A DNA stretch of 32,000 nt from Microcystis aeruginosa NIES-843 (lineage in GTDB: Bacteria; Cyanobacteriota; Cyanobacteriia; Cyanobacteriales; Microcystaceae): assembly GCF_000010625.1 (NCBI RefSeq), contig NC_010296.1, positions 4,440,001 to 4,472,000 of the forward strand. The letters run 5' to 3'. The notes under the pieces are model-generated. The model was not told where the DNA came from. It ran no database searches and worked only from the letters and a program-made list of their open reading frames with translations. The first letter of the stretch is position 1. Every line of letters starts with the position of its first letter. Shown here one piece after another: positions 1 through 8,282 of this stretch. A program made the position numbers and the translations under genes.

Positions 1-344
1 GTATCCGTTTGCAAGGTTTCCCTAGCATAATGCAGCATCGGGCTAAATTTTACCGCTTTATTGCACTGAGAACAGGGCAGCGGTGTGATTCCCGCTTCGT
101 AACCGGAAACTAGATAATCAATAATTTCTTTTTGGAAAAGCTCGCGACTATCGACGATATGATGGGGAACCCCCAACTGCTCACAAATAAAGGCCGCATC
201 TACCATCCCCTCGGAGCAGCATTGACCTTTACCCTTCATTAACCACAGGGTCAAGCCAATAACATCATAACCTTGAGCGTGTAAGGCGGCAGCGGCAACA
301 GAGCTATCTACTCCCCCCGATAGACCGACAACAACTTTTCCCAT
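1..344 (-). CDS. mnmA: tRNA 2-thiouridine(34) synthase MnmA, N-terminal part (gene runs off the left edge)
   Basis: The minus-strand translation reads [100 protein letters not shown]... It carries the PP-loop SGGVDS motif and the conserved Cys region typical of MnmA. An alternative in-frame ATG lies at 356. Confidence 0.85.
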   Translation of the reverse strand, partial: MGKVVVGLSGGVDSSVAAAALHAQGYDVIGLTLWLMKGKGQCCSEGMVDAAFICEQLGVPHHIVDSRELFQKEIIDYLVSGYEAGITPLPCSQCNKAVKFSPMLHYARETLQTD

Positions 345-449
345 AAACCTTGTCATGATTTTTAACCAATATACTTTCTAGACTAGCATCTCCTCCTTTA
401 AAATTTGGACATGGTGTACCCAAATTTCGTGTGAGGACAAACCAGCACA

Positions 450-1085
450 ATGAGAACAAACCTACTGTTTTTCTCGGCTTTATTTTGGTTAAAAGTCGGG
501 ATAATCGCTCAAGGAACGCTACTGCTAAAAGCAAACTTATCTTTTGCCCAGAATCTTTATCCCGGTCGTCGTTTGCCCCCACCGCCGGCGGTGAGACAAC
601 CAACTAAACGTTCAGACAGTCCCAGTGCTGTTAATTGTTCCCAATGTTCACCCTTAAATTTACCCCCAGTTAATTCTCCATCAGTTCGCCCCCCGGTGGC
701 TGCCCCAGTTTCTGGTAATCAACCCCTGAGAGAATACGTTTTTCAAGCTCCCGCTACCGTGCGTCCCGCCGATGCTACGGTGATTAATAATCATCCTCGT
801 CCGACTGTCAATCCACCAGCACCCAGACCTCAAAATCGCGCCAATAAACCCCCCGCACCACAGCAGCGGGTTATTGCCGCTAATCAACTCTTTCGCGTGG
901 AAGTTAGTAGTAATAGTGCGGAAGCGTTGGCAAAAATTCAAGAAATTGAACCCCTCGCATTTATCCGCGCGGGAGAAAATGTGATTCAAGCGGGGTTATT
1001 TCAGCAACAATACCAAGCTAAACAACGGGTACAAGAGTTAACTAAACAGGGTTTTAGCGCCCAGATTATTACCCTCAATAATTAG
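450..1085 (+). CDS. Secreted proline-rich protein with a SPOR-like C-terminal domain
   Basis: The N-terminus is hydrophobic and signal-like (LLFFSALFWLKVGIIAQG). A long P-rich linker follows. The C-terminal ~70 aa (FRVEVSSNSAEALAKIQEIEPLAFIRAGENVIQAGLFQQQYQAKQRVQELTKQGFSAQII) resembles SPOR peptidoglycan-binding repeats. The TAG stop at 1083-1085 is the first 3 nt of the MITE inserted there. Confidence 0.55.
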   Translation: MRTNLLFFSALFWLKVGIIAQGTLLLKANLSFAQNLYPGRRLPPPPAVRQPTKRSDSPSAVNCSQCSPLNLPPVNSPSVRPPVAAPVSGNQPLREYVFQAPATVRPADATVINNHPRPTVNPPAPRPQNRANKPPAPQQRVIAANQLFRVEVSSNSAEALAKIQEIEPLAFIRAGENVIQAGLFQQQYQAKQRVQELTKQGFSAQIITLNN

Positions 1086-1250
1086 GGTATGCTGAAACAG
1101 TCTGTTGGTGGGGTGTAGGGTGTGGGGTGTAGGGTGTGGGGTGTAGGGTTTTATTCCCCCCCGTTCACTCCAATGGCTGACACTTTTTGATATCAAAAAA
1201 GTCTAAAATTTTTATCCAACAAGGTTTTTAGATTTATTCAGCAAACCCTA
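1083..1250 (-). mobile_element. MITE family A, copy 1 (reverse orientation, shorter)
   Basis: Termini are TAGGGTATGCTGAA ... TTCAGCAAACCCTA. The core is a G-rich (GGGTGT/GGGGTGTA)n tract. It belongs to the same family as 16548-16764 and 27721-27943. Short direct duplications flank it (AATT/TAATT). Confidence 0.7.
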
Positions 1251-1340
1251 ATTATGCAATAATTCTCTAGAATTTCAGCTAATCTCGATCGAATCTCTTG
1301 CCTCTTGCCTATCCTAACCAAAAAGTTAATTTTACCCTAT

Positions 1341-1475
1341 TAAGTAGTCGGACATAAATTCTGTTGTCTATCTTAAGAAATGTAAATTGCCGCAATTCTT
1401 ACTGACGACCGGCTCCTGACGACCGGCTACTGACTCCTTACCCCAGAGTTAACTTTACTTTTGTCCAACTACTTA
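1341..1475. repeat. Small inverted-repeat element (MITE-like) with an internal 13-bp tandem repeat
   Basis: The left end is TAAGTAGTCGGACATAAA. The right end, reverse-complemented, is TAAGTAGTTGGACAAAAG. Inside is CTGACGACCGGCT x2. A solo copy of one end (CCCCACAGTTAACTTCACTTCTGTCCAACCAC) recurs at about 27169-27200. Confidence 0.4.
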
Positions 1476-1476
1476 C

Positions 1477-2454
1477 CTAGCACATAGAGTTAATTTTGTC
1501 AAGCAAAATTCTGACCGCATCGATGATCACATCTGGTTGATCCATCCAGACAAAATGACTACTTTTATCCGCTTGTATTTCCCTAAAATCTCTGGATAAC
1601 TTGCCTAATTCTAGGTGCATCTCCTCCCGGAGTCGGTTGGCACTTTTGAGGGGAATAAAGCGAGTCCAAAGGGAAGGTTTAAAAAAAGAATTAGCTTTAA
1701 TACTAACTATCGGTAAATTACCGAAATTGTTAGCCTCACTCACCTGACGAGCGCTTTGGTCGAGATTAAACATTTCTCTACTCATCGTCATCCAGTGTTT
1801 AGCGCGACAGAAAGAACGCTTAACTCGATGACAAGAATCTGGGGAAAAGCGACGTAATTCTGGTTTTAATAATTCAAAAACTCCCAGAACTCTCAAAACT
1901 CGGATAATGCCTAAAATTGAGCCAATAATCGACATCCAAAATCCGGAGATGAAAAATAATTTTAATGCCTTTAATGCTGGCGACATTTTCAGCATTCCTT
2001 TGTCGTGTAAACCGTCGGTGAGTACCAAACCTACTACTTTTTCTGGGAACAGATGAGCATACAGTCGAACATTATAACTGCCAAAAGAATCACCAACTAA
2101 AATATAAGGTGGTTCTATTTTTGCTTGGGTTAGTAATTGATCTAATTCCTGAACAATTTGGTAGCTATTTCGTGGATGGGGACTAGGATCACTCCAACCA
2201 TAACCGGCTCGATCATAAATACAAACCCTAGCCAATTGTGACAATTCTTCTATCAAAAAATATCCCTCAATTCCCCCTAAACTATGGTCAATAATAATAG
2301 TGGGACTAGCCGATCCCGCTAGACAAAAATGTAGGCGATATTTACCTAGATTAATCAAATTACCCGGCGGTGCTTTTTGTTCTTCTAACCAAACAGATAA
2401 CGTCTGATAAACTGTCGTAGCTACTAGGAGAATTACTCGAATTGATAAAGACAT
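1477..2454 (-). CDS. Alpha/beta-fold hydrolase
   Basis: 325-aa ORF with an N-terminal hydrophobic segment, an HSLGG oxyanion-region motif and a GDSFGS nucleophile elbow (G-x-S-x-G). The length is typical of the fold. Confidence 0.75.
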   Translation of the reverse strand: MSLSIRVILLVATTVYQTLSVWLEEQKAPPGNLINLGKYRLHFCLAGSASPTIIIDHSLGGIEGYFLIEELSQLARVCIYDRAGYGWSDPSPHPRNSYQIVQELDQLLTQAKIEPPYILVGDSFGSYNVRLYAHLFPEKVVGLVLTDGLHDKGMLKMSPALKALKLFFISGFWMSIIGSILGIIRVLRVLGVFELLKPELRRFSPDSCHRVKRSFCRAKHWMTMSREMFNLDQSARQVSEANNFGNLPIVSIKANSFFKPSLWTRFIPLKSANRLREEMHLELGKLSRDFREIQADKSSHFVWMDQPDVIIDAVRILLDKINSMC

Positions 2455-2801
2455 AACTACACCTCTTGTAAAAATAAAAAATTCTCTTGGTTGCTGGAGA
2501 ATTAACCATGAATAATCATCAATTAAATGGTCAATTTAGCTGTGATTAAAAGAGAGCGCCAGTATTGCAGACAAAATATAATACAAATGAACGCTTGCCA
2601 CGATGATTTTGAGCCAAGTATTTCTAGTCAATTAAGCATAAATACTTAAAATAGCCTCAAATGCGAGCTGCTACGCAGTGCCTTCGGCATCGCATTTACC
2701 GAAGAAAAAGCGCTTAATAAGTTGTTAAATTTCGAGAACAACATTAGCAGTATGCTGAAAATTGGCGAAAACCATTAAGATCATAGACCGAGTTTAATCT
2801 T

Positions 2802-3656
2802 ATGCTAGAGAAAATACTATACGCTGATTCCGGCGCAGGTCAAACCCAAGAAATGCTACAAGCATTGATGGATCTCCCCGCTATCCGGAAAGCGTCGATT
2901 ACCATTCTCCGGGTTGTTCCCCCTCAGATTACCACCGAAGCTCTGGCCAGTAAATGGGAAGAGGGAACCCAAATGCTGACTAAAATCCTGCAAGAAGTCA
3001 AAATTGAACCCAGCAAAGTTTCCACTATTCTGCGTCAAGGAGATCCCAAAGATACCGTCTGTCAAGTTGCCGACGAAATCGGTGCCGATTTGATCCTGAT
3101 GGGTTCCCGAGGACTAAAGCGACTGGAGGCAATTCTAGAAAATTCCGTCAGTCAATACGTCTTTCAACTGACTAATCACCCGATGTTGTTGGTAAAAGAC
3201 GATATTTACGTCAAAAAAATCAAAAAGGTGATGGTAGCCCTCGATAAGTCTAGCTCGGCTGATTTAGCTCTCGATCTGGCTATTTATCTCCTGCGGGATT
3301 ATCCTTCAGCAGAGTTAATTCTGGCCCGCGTCAACCCCGACTTAAAACCGGAATTTGCCCCCACTTCCCCCAAAGAAATGGAAGAAAACCCGATTTTAAG
3401 GCCAGCAGTAGCAAAAGTGAAACGGATGAATATACCCTATCGCTGCCTGGTGACGGGGGGTAAACCGGGAGAACAACTCTGCAAACTCGTCGATGATTAT
3501 AATGTCGATCTCTTACTGTTGGGTTCGCCCGATCGCCGTCCTTCCGTGGCTAAGAGTTTACCAGATCTCGATCGCCTTCTCGGTACTTCCCTCTCGGACT
3601 ATGTGCGGGTTAATGTTAATTGTCCTGTCCTTTTAGCTAGAAAAGAAGGGATTTAG
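2802..3656 (+). CDS. Universal stress protein, tandem Usp domains
   Basis: Two Usp-like halves each end in the ATP-binding-type motif: GADLILMGSRGLKRLEAILENSVSQYVFQLTNHPMLLVK and VDLLLLGSPDRRPSVAKSL...GTSLSDYVRVNVNCPVLLAR. Confidence 0.8.
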   Translation: MLEKILYADSGAGQTQEMLQALMDLPAIRKASITILRVVPPQITTEALASKWEEGTQMLTKILQEVKIEPSKVSTILRQGDPKDTVCQVADEIGADLILMGSRGLKRLEAILENSVSQYVFQLTNHPMLLVKDDIYVKKIKKVMVALDKSSSADLALDLAIYLLRDYPSAELILARVNPDLKPEFAPTSPKEMEENPILRPAVAKVKRMNIPYRCLVTGGKPGEQLCKLVDDYNVDLLLLGSPDRRPSVAKSLPDLDRLLGTSLSDYVRVNVNCPVLLARKEGI

Positions 3657-3885
3657 CCCCTATTGGGTGTAGGCAGGTAAGTCTTGACTCATTTGGTTTA
3701 AGTTGCTGGCAATGGCTTTCATCGTCATAAAAGCCGAGCTAAAGGCGATTAGCTCATTTAAGGGATAACTTCGACTCTCAACCCGCAAGCTCAGTAACTG
3801 CTTCTCAAGAGATTCAATTTCTTCGATGAGCAATCCTAACTTTGGTGGGTTGAGAATTACCTGGGCAGCGATCGCAGCTTGTTGT

Positions 3886-3914
3886 GCGGTCTCGCGTAGC
3901 GAGCGCGTTGCGAC
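3886..3914. repeat. REP-like hairpin repeat (single unit)
   Basis: GCGGTCTCGCGTAGCGAGCGCGTTGCGAC contains the palindrome CTCGC-GTA-GCGAG. The same unit occurs twice in tandem at 22159-22201. Confidence 0.5.
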
Positions 3915-4023
3915 CGCTGGTAATTCATTTGGTTGCTAAAACTGTGAAAATTTGTTCGAGACCGGCAATCTTAACCGAGGCTCGCTCGACCCCGTGTCGG
4001 TTGAATGACAGTGACCACTGCAC

Positions 4024-4205
4024 CTACTATCTAACAAAAATAGCATTTTCTGAATTAGAAATTATTTGTCTTGCTGACTTACTCAGAGTTTTATTATTAT
4101 CTAACCACCAAAGCAAAATATGAGTATCTAGTAAATATTTTAAAATTACTCTCTTTCAAAACTGTTAATAATATCATCGGGTAAAACATCAAAATCATCA
4201 GCCAT
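4024..4205 (-). pseudogene. Degenerate vapB/vapC-like toxin-antitoxin remnant
   Basis: The minus strand carries a 19-aa ORF, MADDFDVLPDDIINSFERE* (4146-4205), which resembles an antitoxin C-terminal tail. It is followed by ...KYLLDTHILLWWLDNNKTLSKSARQIISNSENAIFVR**, which resembles a PIN/VapC N-terminus of ~35 aa. That stretch has no proper start codon and ends in two stops at 4024-4029. Confidence 0.4.
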
Positions 4206-4314
4206 TTTTAGCTACTAATAATTAAGGTTCTAATATCGATAACGGTAGCAGTCATAATTTAATAATTCCCTGGTTTATTATGTAAATTATAGACTATCTG
4301 TCATCACCAATCAG

Positions 4315-4362
4315 TCAATCATCAAGGGGACTTCTCACACCTCTGCCACCTCTGGCTAAAAC
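4315..4362 (-). pseudogene. intI: Displaced 3' tail of the integron integrase gene
   Basis: The minus strand reads (V L A) R G G R G V R S P L D D *. This continues ...MIYTHVLA from 5950-5958 once the IS and one copy of its 9-bp duplication are removed. The RGGRGVRSPLD tail is typical of IntI C-termini. Confidence 0.75.
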
Positions 4363-5949
4363 CTATCCATTAGTCGGATCTTTCTTAACAAAAAGAGAAG
4401 AAACTTAAAAAAAGGGGAAACGATTGATAGGTATAGTTTTGAAAGAAGGAATTAAGGTGGAGGTAAGCAAAAAAATGGAGAAATGGGCAGCCCAAGAATT
4501 ACAGTATGCAGACCTAGGGGACACCAGAAGAAAGAAAAGGTTAATCAGTATCGTGGAAAACTTGGCCAGTCAACCTAGTACAAGTGTGCCACAAGCTTCA
4601 GGAAATCTAGCCGCAGCGAGTGCCACCTACGACTTTTGGAATTCCCCCTATTTTCACCCCTCAGATATAATTGCCGCCCAGGCCAAAAGTACAGTAGAAA
4701 GAATCAAAGAACATCCAATAGTTTTGGCAGTGCAAGACACAACAAGTTTAGACTTTACGACGCAAAAAGCCAAAAAAGGCATGGGTTATCTAGATTATAA
4801 AAAATCCTTTGGTCTCAAAGTTCATACCACCTTAGGAGTGTCCCCAGTCGGAATACCTTTAGGACTGATTAATCAATATGTCTGGGCAAGAGAAGAAAAG
4901 AATTTAGGGATTGCCAAGCAACGCAAAAAAAGAGAAACCCAAGAAAAAGAAAGTCAAAGATGGTTAGATTCTTTGTCAGAAACACAACAACAGATACCCG
5001 AAGATATTCAAGTAGTAACAATCGGAGATTGTGAGGCAGACATATTTGATTTATTTGCCCAATCAAGAAGTCCTAACTCTCATTTATTAATTCGAGGAAC
5101 TCATAACCGAAAAGTTAACTATCTCGAAGACAAGCAAAGGTCAGGGCATTCAGAGCCTAAATATTTACATCAATCCATCAGAGAAATAAAAGCCTGTGGG
5201 ACCTTAGATGTGCAAGTAAAACGCAATCCTAATCACGAGGCTAGACTAGCTAAACTAACAGTTAGATTTGCCAGTTTTGAAATACAAGTACCTAGCCATC
5301 ACTCCAAGGCGACCCCTCGTCAACCGGTCAAATTACAGGTAATTTTAGCTGAAGAAGAAAATCCGCATAGCGGAGTTAATCCTATCAGTTGGCTGCTCTT
5401 AACTAGCCTAGACATTAGTAGCTTTGAATCAGCGATAACCTGTGTGCGCTGGTATAGTTATCGCTGGTTAATAGAACGCTATCATTTTGTTTTAAAAAGT
5501 GGTTGTGGATTAGAAAAACTGCAATTAGAAACGGGTAGGAGAATTGAGATGGCCTTAGCTACCTATTCAATTGTAGCTTGGAGATTACTTTGGTTAACCT
5601 ATCAAGCACGCTTACACGGAGAGGAGAGTTGTGAAAGTTTTTTGGAAGAACATGAATGGCAATCTTTGTGTGCCACTATTCATAAAAAGAGTCCGCCACC
5701 TGAAAAGCCGCCCTCCTTTCGAGAAGCGGTCAGAATGATTGCTTCTCTTGGGGGGTTTTTAGGTAGAAAAGGTGACGGTGAACCTGGTGTTAAAACTATT
5801 TGGTTGGGACTGCGAAGGTTACATGATATCAGCCAGACTTGGAAACTATCTCATCAAATTAGTCCCCCTATAGAACCCCCTTGAGCCATCTGGCACACTT
5901 TTCTCTTTTTGTCAAATTTTATGTTAAGAAAGATGTGACTAATGGATAG
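4363..5949 (+). mobile_element. IS4-family insertion sequence (1587 bp)
   Basis: Imperfect terminal inverted repeats CTATCCATTAGTCGGATCTTTCTTAACA / CTATCCATTAGTCACATCTTTCTTAACA (reverse complement). A perfect 9-bp target duplication GGCTAAAAC lies at 4354-4362 and 5950-5958. The element encloses one transposase ORF. Confidence 0.85.
4475..5884 (+). CDS. IS4-family (Tn5/IS50-like) DDE transposase
   Basis: The N-terminal part [23 protein letters not shown]... looks like a Tn5-type DNA-binding region. VQDTTSLDF and [11 protein letters not shown] are acidic motifs, and [17 protein letters not shown] matches the Y-(2)-R-(3)-E-(6)-K signature. The ORF is open from TTG 4424, but ATG 4475 follows AAGGTGGAGG. 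Confidence 0.85.
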   Translation: MEKWAAQELQYADLGDTRRKKRLISIVENLASQPSTSVPQASGNLAAASATYDFWNSPYFHPSDIIAAQAKSTVERIKEHPIVLAVQDTTSLDFTTQKAKKGMGYLDYKKSFGLKVHTTLGVSPVGIPLGLINQYVWAREEKNLGIAKQRKKRETQEKESQRWLDSLSETQQQIPEDIQVVTIGDCEADIFDLFAQSRSPNSHLLIRGTHNRKVNYLEDKQRSGHSEPKYLHQSIREIKACGTLDVQVKRNPNHEARLAKLTVRFASFEIQVPSHHSKATPRQPVKLQVILAEEENPHSGVNPISWLLLTSLDISSFESAITCVRWYSYRWLIERYHFVLKSGCGLEKLQLETGRRIEMALATYSIVAWRLLWLTYQARLHGEESCESFLEEHEWQSLCATIHKKSPPPEKPPSFREAVRMIASLGGFLGRKGDGEPGVKTIWLGLRRLHDISQTWKLSHQISPPIEPP

Positions 5950-6878
5950 GGCTAAAACGTGGGTATAAATCATCGTCGTCCTCACGTCTTTATGGCCTAA
6001 CAATTCTTGAACGGTGCGAATATCATAGCCATTTTGCAGTAAATGGGTAGCGAAACTATGGCGAAAGGTATGGCAACTGACTCGCTTAGGCACGCCGGAT
6101 TGCTGAACGGCTTGTTTGAGAGCTTTTTGGATGGTGCTTTCGTGGAGATGATGGCGGCGAGTTTCACTGGAACGCGGGTCTTGGGATAGGGTGTAGGACG
6201 GAAAAATATATTGCCAAATCCATTCACGGTCAGCTGTTGGATATTTTTGCGCCAGGGCGTAGGGCAAATAAACAGAACCGTAACCTCTTTCCAAGTCTTG
6301 TCGATGTAGGCGTTGTACAGTTTGGAGATGTTCTTTGAGAGAGGTTTGAAGGCGTTGGGGTAGGGGGGTTACGCGGTCTTCCTTGCCTTTGGTATCGCGG
6401 ATAATCAGTTGATTTTGGGCAAAATCTACATCCTTGACTCGCAAATTGAGGGCTTCAGCCAATCTCAACCCGCTACCATAAAGCAGTTGAACGATAAGAT
6501 GCTCTACGCCACTGAGGTGCTTCATGACATTTTGCACTTCTTCTTTGGTGAGGACGGTGGGCAGGCGTTTGTGACCTTTTGCCCGTAAATATGCACCGAT
6601 ATTTTCCAGTTCAATTTTAAGAACTTCTCGATAAAGGAAAAGGATGGCGTTGAGGGCTTGGTTTTGGGTGGCGGCGGCAACGTTTTTATCAACGGCAAGA
6701 TGGGTCAAAAAGGCTCTAATTTCTTCACCCCCCATTTCACGGGGATGTTTTTTCTGATGGAAGAGCAGATAACGCTTAATCCAGTCCAGATATGTTTGTT
6801 CGGTGCGGTAGGAGTAGTGTTTGAGGCGAATGTTTCACGCACTACGTCTAGGAGTTTTCGGGGTGGGGGAGGGTTCAT
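5950..6878 (-). pseudogene. intI: Integron integrase, main body (frameshifted and IS-interrupted)
   Basis: Tyrosine-recombinase motifs are present: [51 protein letters not shown]. The IntI-specific extra segment [44 protein letters not shown] is also present. The N-terminus [16 protein letters not shown] (start 6878) is in a different frame from [42 protein letters not shown] 1-nt shift near 6830-6838 separates them. Confidence 0.85.
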
Positions 6879-6911
6879 AGCAGAGTATACTAATCGGCAT
6901 AACACGCTTAT

Positions 6912-7034
6912 CGTAATATTATACGGAAAACTTCTCACGATCACTCCATTTGAGCGTAATATACGGAAAGATTCTTTAAAAAGTGCGTATTTAGCGTAAT
7001 ATACGGAAAATTTCCGCATAATATATAGTTAGAC
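6912..7034 (+). promoter_or_regulatory. attI-like recombinase-binding repeat array with GTTRRRY core
   Basis: Three direct repeats: CGTAATATTATACGGAAAA (6912-6930), GCGTAATATACGGAAAG (6954-6970) and GCGTAATATACGGAAAA (6994-7010). The third forms a palindrome with TTTCCGCATAATATATAG (CGGAAA-A-TTTCCG). GTTAGAC follows at 7028-7034 and matches GTTRRRY. The array lies 34-156 bp upstream of the divergent intI start. Confidence 0.5.
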
Positions 7035-7181
7035 TGCAATAGACCTCTTGCATAATTTTTTTATGGTATAATATAAGGTTTTGCTTTTTTCTCAATTCTT
7101 AGATTGAAGTGGAAAAAAGAATAAAATGTGATCTTAGGTCAGGAAATCATCTATAATTTTGCTATGTTTATTAGCAAAATT

Positions 7182-8021
7182 ATGGATTATCAAAACTTAT
7201 CAGATGAACAATTCAAACGCCGTTTCGGTGTGTATAAACAAACCTATAGAAAGATGGTAGAATCAGTAAAAAGTGTTGAAGCCGACTCTAATTCACCATC
7301 TAAAAGGGGACCGAAACCTAAACTATCTATAGAAGAACAAGTTTTAGTAACGTTAGAATATTGGCGAGAATATAGAACATATTTTCACATTGGTACAAGC
7401 TGGGAACTATCAGAATCAACTATATGTCGGATTGTAAATAAGACGGAAAAAATGCTTTTACAATCGGGAAACTTCCGTTTAAAAGGAAAAAAAGCTTTAC
7501 TCAATCAAGCAGAGATACCGGTCATAACGGTAATGGATGTAACGGAAACTCCCATTGAACGCCCCCAAAAGAAACAGAAAGATTTTTTGGGGGGTAAAAG
7601 AGGTTATCATACTTTAAAATCCCAATTAGTAGCTGATCAAAATACAAAGGAAATTATCTGTGTCTTTTGTGGGAAAGGTAGAGGTCATGATTTTAGTTTA
7701 TTTAAAAAAAGTCGAGTTCGTTTTCATCCTTTAACTACCAGCATAGAAGACAGTGGTTATCAGGGAATAGCTGCATACCATAGTAATAGTTATACACCGA
7801 AAAAGAAATCGAAAAATAGAAAATTAACAGAGTTAGAAAAAGAGTATAACAAGGCTTTAGCCAAAGAAAGGATTATCATTGAACCTATAAATAGGAAACT
7901 CAAAATCTTTAAAATCTTATCCTGTAAATATCGGAATCGTCGTCGAAGATATAGTTTAAGAGTTAACTTGTTGGCGGCTATTTATAACTGTGAGTTAGGG
8001 ATAGGTATAGCAGCTTCTTAA
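7182..8021 (+). CDS. IS5/Harbinger-type (DDE_Tnp_4-like) transposase
   Basis: An HTH-like N-terminus (RGPKPKLSIEEQVLVTLEYWREYRTYFHIGTSWELSESTICRIV) is followed by acidic motifs VMDVTETPIERP, HDFSLFK and IEDSGYQGI, then ERIIIEPINRKLKIFKIL. The ORF is open from GTG 7128. ATG 7182 (MDYQNLSDEQFKRRFG) looks like the native start. I could not define the element ends. Confidence 0.65.
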   Translation: MDYQNLSDEQFKRRFGVYKQTYRKMVESVKSVEADSNSPSKRGPKPKLSIEEQVLVTLEYWREYRTYFHIGTSWELSESTICRIVNKTEKMLLQSGNFRLKGKKALLNQAEIPVITVMDVTETPIERPQKKQKDFLGGKRGYHTLKSQLVADQNTKEIICVFCGKGRGHDFSLFKKSRVRFHPLTTSIEDSGYQGIAAYHSNSYTPKKKSKNRKLTELEKEYNKALAKERIIIEPINRKLKIFKILSCKYRNRRRRYSLRVNLLAAIYNCELGIGIAAS

Positions 8022-8282
8022 AAGTTGCCTAAAGATTAATCAAGTCAAGGAGAATTTATTCTCAATTTTTATAATTGAGATAGTTTGTGCCGCTTAAATA
8101 AAGAGGTTTTGATAACCAAATTAAAGCAGCTCTAAAGAGTTTTGAGTTAAAAGTTAAACTTCAAGTTTTCATTCAGGACAAATGTACTGATTAACTAATT
8201 TTTTGGGGAAAATTAGTTAACCCATCATTATAACATATAATTAATTTGCAAGAGTTCTAATATCGTGAGGTGTAGATGAGAC

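Noticed and set aside
304-603. 99-aa minus-strand ORF overlapping the mnmA start and the 450-1085 ORF
   Set aside because: It is out of frame with the clear MnmA N-terminus and antisense to the SPOR-like gene. It has low-complexity composition and no recognisable motifs.
681-989. 102-aa minus-strand ORF
   Set aside because: It is antisense to the proline-rich region of the 450-1085 ORF. GC-rich Pro codons keep the opposite strand open by chance.
1100-1150. (GGGTGT)n tracts here and at 16700-16740 and 27875-27910, considered as stand-alone microsatellites or telomere-like repeats
   Set aside because: They are always embedded at the same position inside MITE family A, so they are part of that element rather than independent repeats.
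3884-4123. 79-aa plus-strand ORF
   Set aside because: It starts inside the REP-like hairpin unit and runs antisense through the dead PIN remnant. There is no RBS and no motifs.
5997-6227. 76-aa minus-strand ORF inside intI
   Set aside because: It is an alternative frame of the well-supported integrase reading frame.
6658-7019. Two ORFs (6658-6999 +, 6705-7019 -) called separately in the track
   Set aside because: The minus-strand one is partly the frameshifted 5' end of intI ([16 protein letters not shown]...) extended upstream through the attI-like repeats. The plus-strand one is antisense to it. Neither is an independent gene.
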